Virus record (IMG/VR): IMGVR_UViG_3300030372_001589
Span: 6,524 to 70,523 of that record
Length of the DNA: 64,000 nucleotides
Strand: one strand, 5' to 3'
Source: a virus
Lineage: Duplodnaviria > Caudoviricetes
Positions 58,218-64,000 of the stretch are shown piece after piece. Position numbers and translations under genes: made by a program. Position 1 is the stretch's first letter, and every line of letters starts with the position of its first letter. A model generated the notes under the pieces. It made no database searches. It saw nothing but the letters and a program-made list of their open reading frames with translations, and was not told the DNA's origin.

Positions 58218-59495
58218 TTATTCCTCTTTCATTCTTTCTATTTCATTACTTGCCTGTTTTCGGGTTAAACCCTCTCTCCATTCCGAATTTTCTTCGGGGC
58301 AATAGCCCAAATCTTCTAAATATTTAATTTGGGCTGGAGTAATCATTTTACTACAAATGTCTTTTAGTTTACTTAATTGACTACTCGTCAATTCTCTCTT
58401 CTCAGACAATTGATTTTTAATACCGGATAGGAATTTATATTCCCAATCACTCGTTGCTAAAGATATATCAAAGGGTCTTAAACCATAATACATACACATT
58501 TGTATAAACAAATTATTACTTGGCCGTGCTAAGTTTATTTTAGCAGAATCAACCTTTTGCTTGTCAAATTCACGCTGTCGCCTTTCTCTTTCTTCTCTAG
58601 CAATTCTGGCTTTACGCTCTCTTTCGGGCCTACCTGCTTCCCAAGCGGCTTGTCTTTCTAAAGCGGCGATACGGTTTCTTTCTTGTCTTTCTATCCTTAA
58701 TTGCATTTGTTTAAGATAATGTTCAGTTCTATCTTCGGCACTTTTCATTAGAGAATCACACCTTTCTTTGTGTTTAATATCAAAGAAGGCATCAAAAATA
58801 ATCATATCTTGCCATAACTTATCTGTTGGATAACCTCTTGTTCTCGATTGCGCCCTTGAATTACTTGGGTGTTCCCATCTCCAAACAATAGAAGCCATTC
58901 GATACCAAGTATCTGTGGGTGAACCATCACCCTTTTTTCTAAGGCGAGAATGATATTTATATCGGTTTTCTCCACTATTCCAAACTAATTGAGGCTGTCC
59001 TTTTACATTAATTAAAACATCAGCATCCTTAATTTTTTCATATATTCTATTGAATTGTTCACCGTTTTGGTGCATCCATGCTTTAGCCATCATAGTCTTA
59101 GTCCTTTCTTGAATCCATGAATCAATTTCACCTTCTGTAATATCAGAAACATCTCTCCCTGTTCTATTAGAGATTTCTTTCATAATTAGATAGGTATTGA
59201 TGTGGTCTGAACCAACACATTCGACTACTCCATTTTCAGTATTAACTATTTCAAAATGATATACAACCGAATGACCGCAAAGACATTTACCACGACCCAT
59301 TTGTGAATTAGCCACCCAATCGGGAGGTGTATTAGTGGTATAATTACCCCACCAAACCCTACCTGTGGCTATCCATTCTTCTTTCGCTTCTTCGTAATTA
59401 TCAGCATTAGATAGTTCAACCATCCTCTCCATCAGTTTTCTATCCCAACGACCATTACCTAAACTTCTTTTTGCTACAATAGTTTCAACCATCAT
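58218..59495 (-). CDS. Hypothetical protein: CxC..H Zn site, coiled coil, C-terminal helical module
   Basis: CLCGH..VGSDH; ERERRQRE stretch; TPAQIKYL...LTRKQAS. Confidence 0.7.
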   Translation of the reverse strand: MMVETIVAKRSLGNGRWDRKLMERMVELSNADNYEEAKEEWIATGRVWWGNYTTNTPPDWVANSQMGRGKCLCGHSVVYHFEIVNTENGVVECVGSDHINTYLIMKEISNRTGRDVSDITEGEIDSWIQERTKTMMAKAWMHQNGEQFNRIYEKIKDADVLINVKGQPQLVWNSGENRYKYHSRLRKKGDGSPTDTWYRMASIVWRWEHPSNSRAQSRTRGYPTDKLWQDMIIFDAFFDIKHKERCDSLMKSAEDRTEHYLKQMQLRIERQERNRIAALERQAAWEAGRPERERKARIAREERERRQREFDKQKVDSAKINLARPSNNLFIQMCMYYGLRPFDISLATSDWEYKFLSGIKNQLSEKRELTSSQLSKLKDICSKMITPAQIKYLEDLGYCPEENSEWREGLTRKQASNEIERMKEE

Positions 59496-59748
59496 TCATC
59501 ATCTCCAAATCATCTATCTCAAACCTTCGCTGTTCTTGCAGATAACCCGTCAAAATCATATCAATCTTTTCCGGCAAATTATCCACTATTCCAGCAATTA
59601 GTTTTCTATTCAGACTTATCCATATACGGTGATAAGTATTTAGCACCACTTTAGGTTCGTCATTTTCATTCTGCGATATTACAATTGGCGGTAAATCCGC
59701 CGTATTTACTACTCTAAATTCCACATTCGTTTTTGGTTCTCTAGTCAT
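59485..59748 (-). CDS. Hypothetical protein
   Basis: 87 aa, operon context. Confidence 0.55.
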   Translation of the reverse strand: MTREPKTNVEFRVVNTADLPPIVISQNENDEPKVVLNTYHRIWISLNRKLIAGIVDNLPEKIDMILTGYLQEQRRFEIDDLEMMNDG

Positions 59749-60054
59749 TCAAATTCCCCCTGCTAAAGCAAACAAGTTTCTTACATTCTTATGAGCAATA
59801 TAATTCTCAATATCATGTAGGAAATCTTGTGGGTTACTAATATATTTGCTGTGATTAACCAATAGACTAGCAACTGTCTGTGCTAGTTTCTGATTGCTTA
59901 AACCACTAATTAACTTTGCCATTTCAAAGGCCAAGTGTTCTCTATAATTATCATCCAACATACAAGTTATGCACTCTCGCTTAATCATACAATCATGTTG
60001 GTGGTCGGGTTCAATAACATACCCTTTACCTTTACATTCTAAACATTCACTCAT
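59749..60054 (-). CDS. Zn-finger protein
   Basis: CLECKGKG...CITC. Confidence 0.6.
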   Translation of the reverse strand: MSECLECKGKGYVIEPDHQHDCMIKRECITCMLDDNYREHLAFEMAKLISGLSNQKLAQTVASLLVNHSKYISNPQDFLHDIENYIAHKNVRNLFALAGGI

Positions 60055-60269
60055 TCTTCTTCACTCTCCGCAAAAAATTCATCTGAATGAATCCATGTTT
60101 GATGAGTAATGTGTAGGTTATCTAAATTTGCTTTCCAATCACCATCTTCTTCGGTTCTTGCTTCCCAAAACTCTTTCAAAAGTCCCAATGTAACAAAAGT
60201 ATATTTTACATATTTCGCCATTTTATTATTATTGTATATCGTACTGCCATATTTTATTTCTATATTCAT
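60051..60269 (-). CDS. Hypothetical protein
   Basis: ATG 60269 after GGAGG SD. Confidence 0.5.
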   Translation of the reverse strand: MNIEIKYGSTIYNNNKMAKYVKYTFVTLGLLKEFWEARTEEDGDWKANLDNLHITHQTWIHSDEFFAESEEE

Positions 60270-60271
60270 AT

Positions 60272-60493
60272 TTATTCCTCCTTTTTTACGGGTGGTGGAA
60301 TCCACCGTGAATTATACATGGCATTATATTCTGCCATACAATCCTCGCATAGTCTAAATTCAATAACTTCAATCCTATGCTTGAAAGAAGTTACCATTTC
60401 ACAAGATGCTTTTAATCCACATCTAGTACATTTAGGAACAGGTATTACCGGCTCCTTTTTCCATCTATTTCTAAAAAATTCTATTATCTTCAT
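60272..60493 (-). CDS. Zn-finger protein
   Basis: CTRC..C..LCEDC; AGGTGA SD before ATG 60493. Confidence 0.55.
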   Translation of the reverse strand: MKIIEFFRNRWKKEPVIPVPKCTRCGLKASCEMVTSFKHRIEVIEFRLCEDCMAEYNAMYNSRWIPPPVKKEE

Positions 60494-60774
60494 ATTATCA
60501 CCTAAAGGCGCAGGAAAATAACTCATAGGAAGTACGCCTATTATCTATACTAAGAGTAAAATTGTTATTTTTAACTAGAAAACCTGCTTTAATGGGAAAA
60601 GAGAATTATGTCATATTTACGGGCTAGAAGCACCTACTCAGTAAGTAGTATTCACATGAAATGTGCTTAAACTCCCCTCAACGACCTATCAATGAAATCG
60701 CTATAATATTGTTCTCTTTTTATTAGCAAACCCTTTTTCCACATTAGGTCGATGCCGACCAGAGCATTATCTCC

Positions 60775-60930
60775 CTAATTGTGTGGAATCAATTTCTGAT
60801 AGGCAATAATACCTACCTTTCTATTATTTACTGTCAAATACAGTATATCTCCTTCTTCGACTAACAAAGTAACATCATCAAGATATTTACTCGCCCATCT
60901 TTCAAGATTAATTTTTTGAATTGCATTCAT
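60775..60930 (-). CDS. 51-aa hypothetical protein (not in ORF track)
   Basis: MNAIQKINLERWASKYLDD...IPHN*, GAGGCG SD. Confidence 0.55.
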   Translation of the reverse strand: MNAIQKINLERWASKYLDDVTLLVEEGDILYLTVNNRKVGIIAYQKLIPHN

Positions 60931-60939
60931 ATTTTCGCC

Positions 60940-61266
60940 TCAAAAGGTTTTACCGTGCATAAACTCACGGCTTTCGTTATATTCCATCTTAGCCACAACA
61001 GCACCGGCAACATCTAAATCTTTACCAAAGGCATAATCCATAATACGGATTACTGCATCTGCTAATTCCTCTTCAAGATTACTAAACTCCATAATCTTAT
61101 TAGAAGTAGGATTGCCTTCTCTAAGTGCTTCTAGTGCTTCGGAAATCTCCGCATGAATTAGAGCCATACGCTCACCATCATTAACTTCTCCTTTCCAAAA
61201 ACCGTGATTAACTGCATTCTTGTAAATCTTTTTCGCCTTCTTATTCCATTCTTTTTCAAAACTCAT
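60940..61266 (-). CDS. MazG-like nucleotide pyrophosphohydrolase
   Basis: IHAEISEALE...EEELAD..IR..D...KMEYNESR. Confidence 0.85.
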   Translation of the reverse strand: MSFEKEWNKKAKKIYKNAVNHGFWKGEVNDGERMALIHAEISEALEALREGNPTSNKIMEFSNLEEELADAVIRIMDYAFGKDLDVAGAVVAKMEYNESREFMHGKTF

Positions 61267-61480
61267 AATTTTCACCTCTGCTTAATGATGCTTCAATGCA
61301 CTTACCTATATGTTTCTTTGGTGCATGTTTCTTCGCTATTATTTGAATAAGCGAATCGCTTACACTTGGGGAAACAGGCACTACCGTTGAACACTTAGAA
61401 CAAACAGGTTTACCTGTTTTGTCGCAATAAGTATCTGCTTGTATATTACAAAAAGCACAATCTGGCTTTTTACTTTCCAT
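61256..61480 (-). CDS. Small Zn-finger protein
   Basis: CAFC...YC...VCSKC. Confidence 0.55.
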   Translation of the reverse strand: MESKKPDCAFCNIQADTYCDKTGKPVCSKCSTVVPVSPSVSDSLIQIIAKKHAPKKHIGKCIEASLSRGENYEF

Positions 61481-61500
61481 TTTCCATAATCCTACCATAT

Positions 61501-61944
61501 TTATTCCTCCTTATTATTTACAGGACAATCAACATTTAGTGTCTGATGGTCTAAGTTATTACATTCACAAATTTCTTCATCTGTTAGAAATCTTGCAGTA
61601 GTTGTAACATATCTTTCTAAACTCAAACCATAATCATAAGGATAACCAAATGATTCTATATCATTCCATTCCTCGCCTATTCTGATAAATCCATAAGATT
61701 CATTATCTTCAATGCGGTGCATGGCATCCATGATTTGTCTAACACTAGGATAACTTTCATACCATTTAACATCACTGACTTTAGCAAGTAGTATTTTCAC
61801 CTTATTACCGTTATACATCTTAATAGTGCCTAGTTCAAATTCATCCCATAATTCATCTTTCGCATCATCTTTCAGAATATTAACTAATTCTGTGTTTTCT
61901 ATTCTTGTTATTATCCAAACATCACTTCTATATCCCATATTCAT
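61501..61944 (-). CDS. Conserved viral hypothetical protein (MGYRSxV)
   Basis: MGYRSDV...KWYESY...FIRIGEE..D motif. Confidence 0.6.
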   Translation of the reverse strand: MNMGYRSDVWIITRIENTELVNILKDDAKDELWDEFELGTIKMYNGNKVKILLAKVSDVKWYESYPSVRQIMDAMHRIEDNESYGFIRIGEEWNDIESFGYPYDYGLSLERYVTTTARFLTDEEICECNNLDHQTLNVDCPVNNKEE

Positions 61945-62057
61945 TCCTCCACACAAGTACATCTTGCATTCAAAGCACGACTAGCATCAACAAAAGATAC
62001 ACTACTATGTATGTTGTATTCTGCCGTTGCTTCGCATCCTTTACAAGTCATAAGCAT
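61941..62057 (-). CDS. 38-aa Cys-rich peptide (not in ORF track)
   Basis: MLMTCKGC...RCTCVEE*; ATGA overlap. Confidence 0.45.
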   Translation of the reverse strand: MLMTCKGCEATAEYNIHSSVSFVDASRALNARCTCVEE

Positions 62058-62081
62058 TATTCTTACTTCCTTTCCATTCAT

Positions 62082-62303
62082 TCAAATGCACCCCATAAAC
62101 ATTCTAGCCCATTCGCTATACCTGCTGTAATAAATTACATTATCTGCATTTATCTTAGATAAGTCCAAAGAATCATCTGTTAGGAACACTACTCTTTTAG
62201 TGCCTTTATCCCACGCTACTTCTTTAGTTATCTCCCATTCATTTAGTGCTTTTATCATTATATTATATTTATTCATATTTTCAACTCCTTGGTTTTGGCC
62301 CAC
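62082..62303 (-). CDS. Hypothetical protein
   Basis: Operon context after UvrD. Confidence 0.45.
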   Translation of the reverse strand: MGQNQGVENMNKYNIMIKALNEWEITKEVAWDKGTKRVVFLTDDSLDLSKINADNVIYYSRYSEWARMFMGCI

Positions 62304-63714
62304 AGTAAAATAGATTTCTCTTTGCTCTTGTAATTGCTACATAGCAAATGTTTCTCTCTTCTCTAGGATTTGTTGCTTTTGGATGAGGCATCCTCTCGGT
62401 TGCCAAGATATATACATTATCCGCTTCAAGACCCTTAGCCTTGTGAACAGTGGATAGCATAATCTCTCCTTCATCGTTATTATCGAATACTCTCTTGATT
62501 TCATTTACAATTCCACCAACAGTAGTAGCCATACTAGCAAAAATCTTCAAGCATTCATACTTGTCTTCAAGGTTGTTTGCTTGATTAACCTTATCAGCCG
62601 CAATCAACTTATCATAAGTAAACTTGAAGTCCTGTGCTAGCAATTCAGAAAACTCTTCTGAACCCATATTATCATTCTTAGTGATTTTTCTAACTGAATT
62701 AATCAGCCCTTTTGTCATATCTCGACCTAGAACATATGCAGATTTACCTTGTAAAATCAAATCGTAAAACGCTGAAACCAAAGGTGCGTTATATCTACAT
62801 AGAACCATATCACCTGCTTGTGGATTAAACGGTGCATTCTCAACAACCATTCCATCTGCCGCATCAGAACGGCAAGAAAAGTTCTTGACATATCTATTTG
62901 CTTCTGAAACAACAGTCTTAGGACATCTCCAAGTTAAACTCAAGGAAAAACGCTTGATTTCTCTATCACCCTTTTCCAATCTCTTAACAAACATATCCAT
63001 TGAATTTGAGTCTGCGCCTCTGAATCCATAAATTGCTTGATTTGGGTCGCCCACAATAATACATCTGCCATTTGCAACACATCTAGAAATCAACTCTCTT
63101 TGCATTTCATTGAAGTCTTGTGCTTCATCAACATATAGTGTATCAAAGGTTGGTAATGGCATGTTTAATACCAAAGGTAGCCAAATCATATCATCAAAAT
63201 CAATCATAGCAGTATTCTGCTTGCATTGGGTAAGAATGGCTGGAATAGCATCAATAGCGATTAACTCTTCACGGTCTGACTTAAATTCAATGTTGTATTC
63301 ATCAATTAAACTGTAAATACCTGCATTGTCATTTTCTTTAAGCATTGAACCTTTAATCAAACTAATTAGTTTAATCAATGGTTGAGCATAGAAATCACGA
63401 CCTAACATATCATCAATAATATTCTTTACTTTGAAGTTATTTACTTTAGTTCTAATTCCAGCACTTCTTAATGCAGCAAACCCTAAAGCGTGAAAAGTCT
63501 TTGCTTCAACACCTTCTGGTAATCTATCTGCTAATTCTGTCTGAATAGATTTATTAAAACATAAAAAAGCCTTCTTATGTCCGTCATCTCTATTTGCTCC
63601 TTCAACTATTGTGAATGTTTTACCAACACCTGCACCTGCGTCAACAATAATGTGACTAGTGCCGTTTGCTATTTCATTCCAAATTGCGTCTTGTTCTTGC
63701 GTTCCTGTTATCAT
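62281..63714 (-). CDS. UvrD/Rep-like superfamily 1 helicase
   Basis: AGAGVGKT, FNK, TFHALG, DEAQD, GDPNQAIYGFRGA, STVHKAKGLE, YVAITRAK. Confidence 0.95.
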   Translation of the reverse strand: MITGTQEQDAIWNEIANGTSHIIVDAGAGVGKTFTIVEGANRDDGHKKAFLCFNKSIQTELADRLPEGVEAKTFHALGFAALRSAGIRTKVNNFKVKNIIDDMLGRDFYAQPLIKLISLIKGSMLKENDNAGIYSLIDEYNIEFKSDREELIAIDAIPAILTQCKQNTAMIDFDDMIWLPLVLNMPLPTFDTLYVDEAQDFNEMQRELISRCVANGRCIIVGDPNQAIYGFRGADSNSMDMFVKRLEKGDREIKRFSLSLTWRCPKTVVSEANRYVKNFSCRSDAADGMVVENAPFNPQAGDMVLCRYNAPLVSAFYDLILQGKSAYVLGRDMTKGLINSVRKITKNDNMGSEEFSELLAQDFKFTYDKLIAADKVNQANNLEDKYECLKIFASMATTVGGIVNEIKRVFDNNDEGEIMLSTVHKAKGLEADNVYILATERMPHPKATNPREERNICYVAITRAKRNLFYCGPKPRS

Positions 63715-63753
63715 TTTTATTTCCTCCTATTTTTATTATTAGGGAATGTGAAT

Positions 63754-63770
63754 GTCTGAATAATTCAGAC
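63754..63770. promoter_or_regulatory. Palindrome GTCTGAATAATTCAGAC between tRNA and UvrD
   Basis: 8-bp arms, 1-nt centre; related copy at 63982-63996. Confidence 0.5.
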
Positions 63771-63799
63771 GGTGAAATGTGTATTAACACTTGAATAAG

Positions 63800-63960
63800 C
63801 GGGCTATGTCGGGTTCGAACCGACGACCAACGGGTATCTTTTGAGGAAAACGAGTTATGTAAAGAAGAAACACTTAACCATTGATAAGCAAGTTCTCGTT
63901 TATTACTTTGGTAAAACCTCATTAAAAGCCCGTTGCGCTACCTGACTGCGCCAATAGCCC
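63800..63960 (-). tRNA. trnK: tRNA-Lys(UUU) with an 87-nt intron at 37/38 (exons 63923-63960 and 63800-63835)
   Basis: Acceptor GGGCTAT/ATAGCCC, D arm GCGC/GCGC, anticodon stem ACGGG/CCCGT, T arm GTCGG-TTCGAAC-CCGAC, discriminator G, no CCA; perfect BHB motif. Confidence 0.95.
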
Positions 63961-63981
63961 AAGAGGAAGAAGGAGGGACAA

Positions 63982-63996
63982 TCCGATTAAATCGGA
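63982..63996. promoter_or_regulatory. Palindrome TCCGATTAAATCGGA upstream of the tRNA
   Basis: 7-bp arms, 1-nt centre. Confidence 0.45.
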
Positions 63997-64000
63997 CATA

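Noticed and set aside
60628-60668. Hammerhead ribozyme or second tRNA in the branched structure
   Set aside because: Lacks the CUGANGA/GAAA core and lacks a TTCRA T-loop or cloverleaf.
803-63759. Numerous antisense/shadow ORFs in the track (e.g. 803-1108, 7737-8171, 25191-25760, 57896-58327)
   Set aside because: They lie opposite well-supported genes, lack SDs and have the Ser/Leu/Phe-rich composition typical of reverse-complement frames.
63674-63922. 82-aa ORF starting exactly at the tRNA intron 5' end
   Set aside because: Runs through the tRNA 3' exon and into UvrD, has no SD and no protein-like features; the ATG is a by-product of the BHB helix sequence.
63800-63960. tRNA as a prophage attachment site / host-virus junction
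   Set aside because: No integrase or duplicated tRNA 3' end in the window, and the flanking genes are viral; cannot be fully excluded at the window edge.
1-64000. Alternative genetic code / stop-codon reassignment
   Set aside because: Long genes are intact under code 11 and all three stop codons terminate well-defined genes.

Overview
64 kb fragment of an AT-rich head-tailed (HK97-fold, siphovirus-like) virus of archaea. It is most similar in gene content to the 'magroviruses' that infect Marine Group II Euryarchaeota (Poseidoniales); this is inferred from motif recognition, not from a database search. Two convergent blocks meet at a hairpin near 27.2 kb. The + strand (1-27.1 kb) carries morphogenesis genes: prohead protease/scaffold, major capsid protein, adaptor, tail tube, tail chaperones, tape measure, a 2375-aa tail-tip protein and a fibre. 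The - strand (27.2-64 kb) carries an almost complete archaeal-type replisome (PolB split into two genes, PCNA-like clamp, two RFC subunits, PriS-PriL fusion, MCM-like ATPase, RPA-like SSB, ligase, XPF/Hef, Cas4-like and DEDD nucleases, UvrD). It also carries a class II RNR, MazG, GroEL/GroES, TFB and an intron-containing tRNA-Lys(UUU) with a perfect bulge-helix-bulge motif. Terminase and portal are not in the window. Best candidates for undescribed systems: (1) a virus-encoded ubiquitin-like conjugation set (ThiS/SAMP-like Ubl ending GG, ThiF/E1, JAB protease, candidate E2); (2) an Arf/Sar1-like small GTPase inside a five-gene membrane-protein cassette in the late operon; (3) a set of host-takeover factors (histone-fold protein, TFB, TFS-like zinc ribbon, Myb-repeat protein). 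Several real small ORFs missed by the ORF track were translated by hand.
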